From Acidobacteriota bacterium (GTDB taxonomy: Bacteria; Acidobacteriota; Aminicenantia; Aminicenantales; Saccharicenantaceae): a stretch of DNA of 64,000 bases. The notes beneath the pieces were generated by a model, which was given only the letters and a program-made list of their open reading frames with translations, was not told where the DNA came from and searched no databases. Both the position numbers and the translations under genes were made by a program. Of this stretch, positions 9,641 through 19,641 are shown piece by piece; position 1 is the stretch's first letter, and each line of letters begins with the position of its first letter. The stretch covers positions 145,402 to 209,401 of the forward strand of contig JAQURD010000002.1 in assembly GCA_028749115.1 (NCBI GenBank). The letters run 5' to 3'.

Positions 9641-10950
9641 GAAAAAAAATAAAGAAAACCGGCTTGCTTATATCTTTTCTAATTCTTTTTCTGTCCTCAG
9701 CCACCTGGCTCTTAGCCAGCGGCAATTTGCTGATTAAAAACGCCACGATTTTGACTGTAACCGGCGGTGTTATCCCCCGCGGTGATGTTCTGGTCATCAA
9801 TGGTTTAATAGAGCAAGTCGGCCAGAACTTAACTGCTCCAGCCGACGTCAGAATTATTGACGCGGCCGGCAAATACTTGATGCCGGGCATCATTGATACC
9901 CATACCCACATCGCTCTCTCTGGCACCAACGAGGGGACGGACGCAGTCACACCAGAAGTTAATATGGCCGAGGTGATTAATGCTGATGATACTTCCATCC
10001 TGACTGCTCTGTCCGGTGGTGTGACCATGGTTCATACCATGCACGGCAGCGCTAATGTCATTGGAGGAACCAACGTTGTTCTGAAGCTTAAATGGGGCCA
10101 ACCTTCTGAGCAGCTCGTTGTCAAAGAAGCTTATCCCACTCTTAAATTTGCTCTGGGTGAAAATGTCAAGCAATCTAATTGGCCTCTTCTCCCCGGGCGA
10201 CCTCAGCGTTATCCAGCCACCCGCCTGGGTGCCAATGCTCTTATCAGAAGCGAATTAATAAAGGCGAAAGATTATATGGCTGCCTGGGATCGCTATGAGC
10301 AGCTTAAAAAATCCGAAAATCCGCCGGCTGACCTCTTGCCTCCAAGAAAAGACCTGAGACTGGAGACACTGGCCGGCCTTCTTCGCGGCCAGCTCATCGC
10401 CCGCTGTCATGCCTATGTCGCCACAGAAATGATCGAGTTTCTAAACCTCTCCAAAGAATTTGGCTTCAAAATAGGGGCTTTTGAACATGCCTGGGAAGCC
10501 TACAAGATAGCTGACGAGCTAAAAGCCGCCGGCGTCGGGATATCAGTTTTTGCTGATTCCTGGGCTTATAAAATGGAAGCAGCAGAAGGCATCGCCTATA
10601 ACGCTGCTTACTGCACCAAAAAAGGTATTCTGGTCTCGATTAATTCCGATAGCGGCGAGCGGATAAGAAGGCTATTTAATGAAGCCGGGAAAACGGTGAA
10701 GTATGGATTAACCCAGGACGAAGCCTTGAGGCTTATTACCATTAATGCTGCTAAACAACTGGGCGTTGACCATCTCGTCGGCAGCATTGAAGCTGGCAAA
10801 CAGGCTGACCTGGCTCTTTTCAGCCGGCATCCAATGAGTGCTTACACCCGTTGTGAGATGACGATTATTGAGGGCGAGGTTTACTTCGACCGGGAGGCAC
10901 TTCTCAAAGAAAGAGCTGCCGCTTCAGCTAAAAAAGGAGGCTTATCATGA
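9637..10950 (+). CDS. secreted amidohydrolase (COG1228-like dipeptidase/prolidase-type), intact metal site
   Basis: Signal peptide; PGIIDTHTHIALSG canonical HxH; 4-nt overlaps with both neighbours. Confidence 0.8.
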   Translation: MRKKIKKTGLLISFLILFLSSATWLLASGNLLIKNATILTVTGGVIPRGDVLVINGLIEQVGQNLTAPADVRIIDAAGKYLMPGIIDTHTHIALSGTNEGTDAVTPEVNMAEVINADDTSILTALSGGVTMVHTMHGSANVIGGTNVVLKLKWGQPSEQLVVKEAYPTLKFALGENVKQSNWPLLPGRPQRYPATRLGANALIRSELIKAKDYMAAWDRYEQLKKSENPPADLLPPRKDLRLETLAGLLRGQLIARCHAYVATEMIEFLNLSKEFGFKIGAFEHAWEAYKIADELKAAGVGISVFADSWAYKMEAAEGIAYNAAYCTKKGILVSINSDSGERIRRLFNEAGKTVKYGLTQDEALRLITINAAKQLGVDHLVGSIEAGKQADLALFSRHPMSAYTRCEMTIIEGEVYFDREALLKERAAASAKKGGLS

Positions 10951-12320
10951 GGCTAATGAGCATGGCTCAAACCGGTCGCCAATTAAAAGATAGAAAGAAC
11001 AGCAATCTGCTTCTGGCCCTGGCTGTCTTACTGAGTGTTATTCTCATCATTCCGCCATTTTCACTGGCCCAAACAGCCGCAGCAGCCGAAAACGGCTCAG
11101 AAATTATAGCTATTGTCGGTGCCAGAATTGTTCCCGTCACCGGCCCGGTTATTGACTCTGGCTCCATCCTGATCAAAGATGGCCGGATTGCTGGTCTCGG
11201 AACCAGCATTTCCATCCCGGCCGGAGCCAGGGTTATCGAGGCTAAAGGCCTCATTGCATATCCGGGAATGATTGACAGTTATTCGTGGCTCGGCCTGGAA
11301 GAAATCAGCGGAGTTCGGGCCACAGTCGATAATCGCGAAACTGGCCGGATTAATCCCCAGGTTAAAGCCATTGAAGCTCTCCATTATGATTCCATGCATA
11401 TCCCGATTGCCCGGGCCAATGGTATTGTGGCGGCAGTAGTTGCCCCTTCCGGTGGCCTTATCTCTGGACAGAGTACTCTGGTAAAATTAGATGGCTGGAC
11501 CAACCGGGAAATGGTTATCAAAGAATCACTGGCCATGGTGATCGAACTCCCAGCTCTCAGGAGAAGCCGCGGAGAGTTTTCTGGTCTCAGCCGTCAGCAG
11601 CCTCAGATCTCTACCGAGAAAGTCCTTGATGAACTGCGGCAAATTTTCGAGAAAACCAGGATGTATGAGAAAAGAAAAGAAGCAGCCCAGAAAAGCATCC
11701 TTCTGCCACCGCCAGATTTTGATGAGGCCAGTTACTTTCTCCTGCCCGTGGTTAAAGGTGAATTGCCGGTCATTTTCTCAGTTCATGCTGATAAAGATAT
11801 CCTCCAGACCATTAAATTTGTACAGGAAGAAAAGATAAGGGCTATTTTTTACGGAGTTGAACAGGGCTTTAAAGTTGCCAGGGAAATCAAGCAAGCCGGC
11901 CTTCCCTGTATTATTGGTTCTCTTTACAGCCTGCCGCCTGTCGGGGAAGATGGCTATGATGCCCTTTTCTTAAATCCGGTCATACTCAACGAGGCTGGCG
12001 TTAAAATTGCTTTTTCCTCCTCAAGTGCCAGCGCTGCTAAAGACCTCCCCTATCATGCTGCCAAAGCGGCAGCCTTTGGGCTCAAACCAGAAGAAGCCCT
12101 CAAAGCTGTGACCATTTATCCAGCAGAAATCTTTGGTGTGGATAAATTGATGGGCAGTCTCAAGCCAGGCAAACTGGCTAATATAGTTCTGACCGACGGT
12201 GATCTGCTTGAGCTTGGAACAAAAATTCAAAAAGTTTTTATCGAAGGTAAAGAGGTTTCACTGGAAAACCGTTATACTGTGCTTCTGGAAAAATTTGAGC
12301 AGAGAGATAAAAGAGAATAA
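10947..12320 (+). CDS. secreted amidohydrolase-superfamily paralog, HxH metal site degenerate
   Basis: Signal/TM N-terminus; motif reads PGMIDSYSWLGL (no HxH); translationally coupled to the upstream gene. Confidence 0.75.
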   Translation: MRLMSMAQTGRQLKDRKNSNLLLALAVLLSVILIIPPFSLAQTAAAAENGSEIIAIVGARIVPVTGPVIDSGSILIKDGRIAGLGTSISIPAGARVIEAKGLIAYPGMIDSYSWLGLEEISGVRATVDNRETGRINPQVKAIEALHYDSMHIPIARANGIVAAVVAPSGGLISGQSTLVKLDGWTNREMVIKESLAMVIELPALRRSRGEFSGLSRQQPQISTEKVLDELRQIFEKTRMYEKRKEAAQKSILLPPPDFDEASYFLLPVVKGELPVIFSVHADKDILQTIKFVQEEKIRAIFYGVEQGFKVAREIKQAGLPCIIGSLYSLPPVGEDGYDALFLNPVILNEAGVKIAFSSSSASAAKDLPYHAAKAAAFGLKPEEALKAVTIYPAEIFGVDKLMGSLKPGKLANIVLTDGDLLELGTKIQKVFIEGKEVSLENRYTVLLEKFEQRDKRE

Positions 12321-12396
12321 TCAGAAAAAAGAAACTCAACCGGGCCGAGAATGCTTGAGCCTATCACTGAGGCTATCTGCCGGGCCGGTCAGAATC

Positions 12397-13092
12397 TCAA
12401 ATAGAGGTCAGAATAACGGCAATTATTCCTGTCAGAAAGACACCATCAAAAGTCCCTGCCCCTCCGATAGAGGCCACCGGGGCTCCCAGTTCAGGTATTT
12501 TTTTAAGATTCATAAAATCAGCTCCAATCAGTGTTCCCAGCGTCCCTGAAACATAAGCTATAACTGAAGCAGAATGTATACCATCAGGCGAGATAAGTGA
12601 AACGAGAAAAGCCACTAAGGCTGCCACCAGCGGCGGGAAAAGGGCTGGAGTAGCTATACCAAGGCCTCTAACCGGGCGGGCAACTCTGTTGACGAGAAAG
12701 GCAACTATCACCATGCTTAAAACAAACTCCCAGAAAAGCACTCCCCAGCGGAAAACCAGGTAAAGGCTTATCAGTGAGGGAATAACCGCACCACCCACAT
12801 TGATGGCCAGAACAGTCGTGTCACTTGAAGCAGCCACCGGCATCTGAAACTTCCAGCCGTAGAAATTTACTACCTGTCGCTCCAATACTGACCCGGAGTG
12901 CAGCTTTTTTATAGGGATATTAATGCCGCTGCCAATTAAAGTCAGAAGAAGGAGGGCAAAAACTGTGTCAGGCGGGATGCCCAGCCTCTGGAAGGCAAAA
13001 GAGATAATTCCCAGCTTTAGAAAAAAGAAAAGCCCACCAAGAAGAATAAAATAGCCAATCAGGAAAAAAAGAAGCACTGGCAAAAAGAACAT
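12397..13092 (-). CDS. integral membrane protein (possibly DUF1614-like)
   Basis: About 6 predicted TM helices; no recognisable catalytic motif. Confidence 0.4.
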   Translation of the reverse strand: MFFLPVLLFFLIGYFILLGGLFFFLKLGIISFAFQRLGIPPDTVFALLLLTLIGSGINIPIKKLHSGSVLERQVVNFYGWKFQMPVAASSDTTVLAINVGGAVIPSLISLYLVFRWGVLFWEFVLSMVIVAFLVNRVARPVRGLGIATPALFPPLVAALVAFLVSLISPDGIHSASVIAYVSGTLGTLIGADFMNLKKIPELGAPVASIGGAGTFDGVFLTGIIAVILTSI

Positions 13093-13461
13093 TGGCTTTT
13101 TCTCCTTACAGTCTATTTATTTCATCTTAATAATACAATGATAAGGGGCTAATGGAAAGAAAACAAATCGCTGTTTTAAGATTAAGGCTAAATTTATTTG
13201 CCCCTTAGCTGACCGGTGCCGGCAAAAATATCATTGGGCCTACCTGCCCTATCTGCCTCAACAGTGATAATCAGATAGCAATAGGGCAAAAATAGAGATT
13301 GACTTTGCCGTTCATTTTTGTTATAGGAGTTGCATCCTTCAAAGGGGAAGGTTAAGCTATTAGAAGCAAAAAAGGTTCTTTATGCTTTTTCAGGGCTCCA
13401 CCGCCCGAAGTGAGGCTAATTGCTATTTAATCTAGGTTTGACAATGCCAAAGGAGGCAAAA

Positions 13462-15201
13462 ATGAACAAAATGAAGAAACTTTATTCAGCGAGGTTTTAT
13501 GTCATCTGTCTTGGGCTGATTATGCTCTTTATCTTTATGGGCCATTCACAATTAATTCAGTCAAGACAACTGCAAAAAATTCCACTGGATAAAATTGCTT
13601 TAGCGCAGCCCAAAATTATTATGGAAAAAACACCACTGGAATCTCCGAAAGGAATGAGGATTTTTGAGACAAAGGTCCTATCTGTGCGTACCGATCTTAT
13701 CCAAAAATTTATTGCAGAAAAAAGTCTTATGAAGACACCTTTAATCATGAAAAATTTGCCTCAGCAGGAAGAAATCTACCAGGAATCAGAAAAAAAATTC
13801 ACCAGAATACTGACCAACACACAGCGAGGGCACATGATCGTGCTCCCTCATCTCGAAAAAATAGCCATGACCAAAGCTCAGCTTTTGAGGCACGACATGG
13901 CCATGAATAAAGCTATGGAACAGGTTAACCTCATGCAGCTTATCCCCAGAGACGAAAGTAAAGTCACGCCAAAGCAAGTTATCACCTTAACCAGAGCTCA
14001 AGTCAAGCAGGGCGAGCCGGCCGTAGTAAGCGATATCCTCCAAACTGTTTTATTCCAGAGAACCCTTGATGATAAACCTGTGGTAGGCAAGGGGTCTCAA
14101 CTTTTTGTTGAACTTGGGAATGAGGGCAAGTTAGAGGGCTACAGCCGAACCTGGAATGAGGTCATACCAAGCAACCTTGTGCCTGAATTCAGAACAGATC
14201 AAGAGATTTATGACGATATCGAAAAAACTTTGACGACTCAAATCAAAGGGAATGTAACTGTGCAGGTCAGAAAACCCAGACTCATCTATTTTGGAGATGA
14301 CAGAAAATTCGTCCAGCCTGCCTATTTCTTCACGGCTGAAATCTCTTCTCCTGAGGCCCTGGGAAAAGCCTATTATGCAGGAATTGTTACAGCTTTGAAA
14401 AATCCTCCCGAACCGGTGCTCCTGCCTCAAGAAGAAAAGATGCGGGCTTTGCCTCTTCAGGTTTCTCCCCTGCCGAAGGGCAAGGCCAGCGGGCCTTTTA
14501 TTCCCCAGGATGACCCGAGTGTAGGCCGTTATGTCGTCCGCAATGATAGCAATGATTGGGTTGATGACGCTAATGACTTTCGTAATGGTCTGTTGCAAGG
14601 CCACAGCAGCAGCAGTCCTGCCATTAGCTTTGGCGATTACTACTGGGATGAGCCCTGGCTCTGGACAACTGATGAAAATTCCTATGTTGATAAATGGCAC
14701 ATTGTTCTTATGGAGGGACATGGAGCGAACTGGCTTTTTACGACTCGAAGCAATTGTTGTGACGTCGTTAACCTGAACGCTGCTAGCCAACCAGGATATG
14801 GAAACCGGGCTGGCGATAGCATGAGATTCCTTATCCTTAAAGGGTGTTCTATCATTCCCGCTCCTCCTGATAGAGCCAATTGGCCAGACCCGTGGTGGAG
14901 AATCTTTAAGGGACTTCGCCAGGCAGTGGGATTTCGCACATCTATGTACATTAACGATAACATTTCTAAACACTTTGGCAAGCATCTTGCCCAGAACTGC
15001 CGGGTCCTTGATTCCTGGTTTCATGCAACCAATGATTGTTCAAGCTATAGCTGGGAACGTTTCTGGGGAAGCTGGGGTGATGAAGTCTATGGATATGGTG
15101 CGGTAGTCATGATCCCGGGACATGAAGGAGACGGCATTTATTCCACAGCAGCCCTGCCAGCCGCAACTTCAACAGGATTGACCATCTGGTGGCAGCACTG
15201 A
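13462..15201 (+). CDS. secreted/anchored protein with C-terminal caspase-like (clan CD) putative cysteine-peptidase domain
   Basis: RBS AGGAGG 6 nt before the ATG at 13462; N-terminal signal/anchor; C-terminal WHIVLMEGHG (His, nt 14719) ... RFLILKGCS (Cys, nt 14845), each preceded by a hydrophobic beta-strand about 42 aa apart, resembles a clan CD His/Cys dyad. Confidence 0.5.
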   Translation: MNKMKKLYSARFYVICLGLIMLFIFMGHSQLIQSRQLQKIPLDKIALAQPKIIMEKTPLESPKGMRIFETKVLSVRTDLIQKFIAEKSLMKTPLIMKNLPQQEEIYQESEKKFTRILTNTQRGHMIVLPHLEKIAMTKAQLLRHDMAMNKAMEQVNLMQLIPRDESKVTPKQVITLTRAQVKQGEPAVVSDILQTVLFQRTLDDKPVVGKGSQLFVELGNEGKLEGYSRTWNEVIPSNLVPEFRTDQEIYDDIEKTLTTQIKGNVTVQVRKPRLIYFGDDRKFVQPAYFFTAEISSPEALGKAYYAGIVTALKNPPEPVLLPQEEKMRALPLQVSPLPKGKASGPFIPQDDPSVGRYVVRNDSNDWVDDANDFRNGLLQGHSSSSPAISFGDYYWDEPWLWTTDENSYVDKWHIVLMEGHGANWLFTTRSNCCDVVNLNAASQPGYGNRAGDSMRFLILKGCSIIPAPPDRANWPDPWWRIFKGLRQAVGFRTSMYINDNISKHFGKHLAQNCRVLDSWFHATNDCSSYSWERFWGSWGDEVYGYGAVVMIPGHEGDGIYSTAALPAATSTGLTIWWQH

Positions 15202-15977
15202 ATAGAAAGCCAAAGAAAGTCTGATAATTCATTCAAAGAAGCTCTTCAGCCTAAAAGGGATTATTTAGGGGCAAGAGGAAAGATTGCTTTAAAATGAAGT
15301 TGCTTTGCACAAAAACCTATATTTTAGGCATTGACCTGTTCCCGATAAGTTTTATTTAAGTATCAGTGGAATCAAAGGATTGAACCTTCGGCTAGTTGAA
15401 TGATTAAATCCTTTAAATTTGAGGGGGTTTCTCTGAGATTTAAGTTCTGGGGGTACCACTGTCAAAGAAAATACAGAACTTCAAGATGAAGACAAAGAAT
15501 TATCTACCTGAATGGGGAGTAAAAAATAATCAGTACAAAGAAAATTTAACAGTCCATAAATAAGACTTAGAGCGAAAGGCTGCCAGCCAGAATTAATAAC
15601 TCTGTCTGGCAGCTCTCATTCATATTTTACCTTGAATCGTTCATCTATATCCGAAAGAATTTCAAATTCGTAATTATCAAGTCAATTTTTAGGTTCGACC
15701 TGATAAAGAAAAGCCACATTTATAATTCCATAAAGTAAATAATACCACCGAGACAGAAGGGCTAAGAAGCAAAATATCTGACTTTGATGATAATCGTTTC
15801 AGAACTTTAATTTACTACCTGGTTTTAAATAGATAGTGATTTACTATTTGGAAGTTTTCATATTGTCATTTGCCATAAGAGAAAATGCACAACTAGAAAG
15901 TTAACCTGGCGACTATGAACTCAGTTCATTAAGGAATAAAATCTATCCTGTTGAAAATTCATAGAAGGTAGTATGAA

Positions 15978-17597
15978 ATGCAGGCCAAGGCTTCAAAAGG
16001 AAAAATTCAGTTAATTCTGGTTACTACTCTTCTGGCTCTTCTTTTTGTTTTTGCTCCGGCCCAGGCAGCCAGCGGGGTTAAAAATGTTATCCTTTTCATT
16101 GGCGATGGCATGAGCATCAGCACGATGAGCCTGGCTCGCTGGTTTAACGGCGGTCAACCTCTGAGCTGGGATCAATATGTCTGTGGGTTGGTCAGGACCT
16201 ATTCAGCGGATGACCCAATTACCGATTCAGCGGCTGCAGCTACCGCCATGGCTACCGGTCACAAAACGAGGAATGGTTTTCTGAGCGTCCTGCCTGATGC
16301 TCTGGACAGAGCCCCGGTAGCCACCATCCTTGAGGGGGCAAAATTAAGCGGTAAATCAACCGGCCTGGTGGTGACCTGTAACCTTCAGCATGCCACGCCT
16401 GCCGCCTTTGCTGCTCACTACCCTGACCGTTCTGACTATGAAGCTATCGGTGAGCAAATGGTTTATACCGGCGTTGATATCCTGCTGGGAGGGGGACTTA
16501 AGTATTTTACCGGGCGAAAAGACGGCGAGGATCTGCTCGCTGTCCTCAAGGAAAAAGGCTATAAAATTATCACCACGCCGGCTGAGTTGAAGTCGGTGGA
16601 AAGTCAGCGACTGGCCGGACTTTTTGCCGATGTGGATTTGTCCTATGACCTTGACCGCGACCCCGCCAAAGAGTCATCGCTGGCTGAAATGACCGGAGCC
16701 GCCATAAATCTTCTATCCAGAAATATAAATGGTTTTTTCCTGATGGTGGAAGGCAGCAAAATAGACTGGGCCAACCATGACCATGACCCTGTGGCCTCAG
16801 TGACAGATATGATGGCTTTTGACCGGGCAGTCAGGGTGGGACTTGATTTTGCTTTTAAGTCACAGGAAACAGCAGTCATTGTCGTCGCTGACCACTCAAC
16901 TGGTGTCCTAACCATCGGCAATGAAAAAACCTCATCAAAATCAGGTCGGGAAAAAGTTGGCGACTTCGTTAATCCGTTAAAAGCAGCCAAAACAACTGGT
17001 GAAGGTCTGGAAAAGCTTCTCCGGCCGGAGATGAGTGCGGCCGAAGTCAAATCTATCGTCAGTGAGCGTTATGGCCTTTGGGATCTGACTGAAGAAGAGC
17101 TTAAGGCAATCATGGATTATCTGGCTGAAGCTGCTAAAAATCCTGAGCTAGCTGGAAAACTCATGTCCGTTGTTGGTCCGATGATGAGTCAAAGGGCCAT
17201 GGTTGGCTGGACAACGGGAGGCCATACAGGAGAGGAAGTTGCCCTGGCTGTTTACCATCCAGAAGGACGGCGGCCGACTGGCGTCATTGAAAATACGGAG
17301 ATAGCTTCCTATATGGCCAGCATGCTGCGGATAAACCTGCAAGCCTTAAACAAAGAATATTTTATTGAAGCGACACAGGCCTTCACAGCCAGCGGCGCAG
17401 AAGTTCAGCTTGATCTCAATACTGACCCGGCCAATCCTGTGCTTAAAGTCAAAAAAGGCAACCGGACTCTCGTCATTCCAGCTAACAAAGATTTTGTCGA
17501 AATGAACGGAACCAGAGTCCAGACCAAGCTGATTAATGTTTATAACGGGAACAATTTCTATGTCTCCCACCAGGTGATTAACCTGCTGTCCAATTAA
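15978..17597 (+). CDS. phoA: alkaline phosphatase (PhoA family) with about 90-aa C-terminal extension
   Basis: Signal peptide; VILFIGDGMSISTMS; active-site Ser in DSAAAATAMATG; metal-binding DH/HD motifs. Confidence 0.85.
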   Translation: MQAKASKGKIQLILVTTLLALLFVFAPAQAASGVKNVILFIGDGMSISTMSLARWFNGGQPLSWDQYVCGLVRTYSADDPITDSAAAATAMATGHKTRNGFLSVLPDALDRAPVATILEGAKLSGKSTGLVVTCNLQHATPAAFAAHYPDRSDYEAIGEQMVYTGVDILLGGGLKYFTGRKDGEDLLAVLKEKGYKIITTPAELKSVESQRLAGLFADVDLSYDLDRDPAKESSLAEMTGAAINLLSRNINGFFLMVEGSKIDWANHDHDPVASVTDMMAFDRAVRVGLDFAFKSQETAVIVVADHSTGVLTIGNEKTSSKSGREKVGDFVNPLKAAKTTGEGLEKLLRPEMSAAEVKSIVSERYGLWDLTEEELKAIMDYLAEAAKNPELAGKLMSVVGPMMSQRAMVGWTTGGHTGEEVALAVYHPEGRRPTGVIENTEIASYMASMLRINLQALNKEYFIEATQAFTASGAEVQLDLNTDPANPVLKVKKGNRTLVIPANKDFVEMNGTRVQTKLINVYNGNNFYVSHQVINLLSN

Positions 17598-17644
17598 CCC
17601 GGAAAACTAGGGACACAATCTATATTTCCTATTTTTTTCTGGCC
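17598..17644. repeat. conserved intergenic motif copy 2 (CCGGAAAactaGGGACACaATCTATATTTCCTATTtTTTTCTGGCC)
   Basis: Matches 7645-7689; lies between the convergent phoA and ADP-ribosylglycohydrolase genes. Confidence 0.6.
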
Positions 17645-17786
17645 AGATCTTGAGAAAAGAAATTACCTTTCCCTGCCCCTTGAGAAGTTTTGAGCCAGCT
17701 TGCCACCGAAATTCTGAACACATAGCAATTTTTTGACTCAAAGCCGCACTCAGAAACCAGACAGAGGAGATCTTTTACCGCTTAAA

Positions 17787-18752
17787 TCAAAAGCAGTAAA
17801 CACATTTACAAAAGCGTTGGGCCAGATCCATGATATCGTCTTTTCTGGCCAGCCTGTTTATCCAGCGCTCCGGGATACCGGCCAGGCCATAATAGAGGCC
17901 AGCTAATCCACCGGCCACGGCCCCCGTCGTATCAGTATCATCTCCCAGATTTACTGCCTTTAAAACTGTTTCCTCGTATGATTTGCTTTTTAAAAAGCAC
18001 CAGAGGCCCGCTTCTAGAGTATCAATTACATACCCGCTGGAGTTTATTGATTCTTCGGGCAGCTCCTGGATATTGGCTTCTAAGATTCTGGCAAAATGAG
18101 GCAACTCGCGCTTGTATGGCAGGCGAGTGTAATATTTTTTTACTTCAGCACCTGTCGTTTTATAAGCATCCGCTGGGTTCTGGCCCTTAAGAAGATTGAT
18201 GGCCAATTGAATATATATTCCGCAGGCCATCTGACTCCGCGGATGACCGTGGGTTAGGCAGGAAACTTGATGGGTCAGTTCAAATTGCTCTGGTCGGCTC
18301 AATTTTTCAACATAATAAGCCAGCGGCAAACTTCTCATCAATGAGCCGTTTCCATTACTGAACTCATCTCTTCCCCCGGCCTCAACTGGATTTACACCCT
18401 CTCTCAAGCGATTAATGGCCAGCCCCGTTGTGCACCCCACATCGAAAGCCTGACCATACGGAGCCCAGTATCCTTCGTCCAACCAGCGGCAGAATTTATG
18501 AGCTATATCATGAAGGTCGAAGCCCTGACAGAGTGATTCAGCCAGACAGAAAGCGAGCGAGCTATCGTCAGACCAGGTTCCAGGCGGCCGGGCGTATGTA
18601 CCATAACCAATCATATCGGTAACAGGTTGCTTTTTCCGCTCACTTCTCTTAGTGAATTCAACCGGCACACCCAGCGCATCGCCGACGGCCAGACCAAACA
18701 GGCCGCCCAGCACCTTTTCTTCCCTCTCGTCTCTTTCCTCTTTGTTTCTCAT
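17787..18752 (-). CDS. ADP-ribosylglycohydrolase family protein (DraG-like)
   Basis: N-terminal LGGLFGLAVGDALGVPVEF signature and C-terminal GDDTDTTGAVAGGLAGLYYG motif of ADP-ribosyl hydrolases. Confidence 0.8.
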   Translation of the reverse strand: MRNKEERDEREEKVLGGLFGLAVGDALGVPVEFTKRSERKKQPVTDMIGYGTYARPPGTWSDDSSLAFCLAESLCQGFDLHDIAHKFCRWLDEGYWAPYGQAFDVGCTTGLAINRLREGVNPVEAGGRDEFSNGNGSLMRSLPLAYYVEKLSRPEQFELTHQVSCLTHGHPRSQMACGIYIQLAINLLKGQNPADAYKTTGAEVKKYYTRLPYKRELPHFARILEANIQELPEESINSSGYVIDTLEAGLWCFLKSKSYEETVLKAVNLGDDTDTTGAVAGGLAGLYYGLAGIPERWINRLARKDDIMDLAQRFCKCVYCF

Positions 18753-18943
18753 AACTAAAGGCTATGCCTCCCGTCTATAAAATTAGTTTAATAGCTGGCA
18801 GGTTGAACGCTCTAGACTGGGATAAGCTGCATTTATTACCTTTCACTCGCCCCGAGTACACCAATTGCTTCTCGCTCAGATGTCAAAAAACAAACTGTTT
18901 TATAAGTTATTTCAAAAAAGCTTTTTTCTCATTACTATTGCCA

Positions 18944-19480
18944 TCAATCGTCTATTTTCAGCAAATTGCTCTTACCACCAATGCCAGGCAACGATAATGA
19001 ATTTTGAGGCGCATAAATTTTCGGTGCCTGGGTAGTATAAGGATTATTCATGCTATAAACAGAGTAGCGGTTGCCATAAGGACTATATGGATTATTAATG
19101 CTGACCGGTGAGTACTTGCTTCCATAGACTCCATAAGGATTGGACACCGATTCGGGATCATACTTGTTCGAATTTAGCCGGCCGAGATACTGACCATCCT
19201 CACCAACAAGAATTGGGGAACTCGATCCAGAGACATAGCGGTTATTAACGCTTGACGGTGAATATGGTGAGCCGTAGGGTGAATATGGATTATTGACACT
19301 ATCAGGTGAAAATTTACTTCCATACTGGCCACAGGGGTTAGAGATGGATTCCGGATCATACTTATTAGCTGAATACTTCCCCAGGTATTTATACTTCTGA
19401 TTTTTCGTATTGCTCGTCTGTCCAAAAACCAGAGAAAACGAAATTAGCGTAACAAACAGAATGGCAAAAGCTTTTTTCAT
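18944..19480 (-). CDS. small secreted Tyr/Pro/Ser-rich protein with internal tandem duplication
   Basis: Signal peptide; two roughly 50-aa repeats NKYDPES(I/V)SNPxGxYGSK(F/Y)SPxS(V/I)NNPYSPYG. Confidence 0.6.
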   Translation of the reverse strand: MKKAFAILFVTLISFSLVFGQTSNTKNQKYKYLGKYSANKYDPESISNPCGQYGSKFSPDSVNNPYSPYGSPYSPSSVNNRYVSGSSSPILVGEDGQYLGRLNSNKYDPESVSNPYGVYGSKYSPVSINNPYSPYGNRYSVYSMNNPYTTQAPKIYAPQNSLSLPGIGGKSNLLKIDD

Positions 19481-19641
19481 GGTTTGCTTCTTTTCCTTTT
19501 ACCTGCTTATATTATAAGGCAAATTGTTTCAATAATTCCACTCTTGACTACTAGACCATCTCACCTTAAGGTATTTGAATTAAAGACTGGTTTTCCTTAG
19601 AATGGAAACACTTCATTTTCAACAGGCATTGAGAAAGCATC

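Noticed and set aside
18764-18997. 77-aa ORF on the plus strand between the ADP-ribosylglycohydrolase gene and the repeat-protein gene
   Set aside because: It overlaps the 3' end of the minus-strand repeat-protein gene, has a weak start context and low-complexity content.
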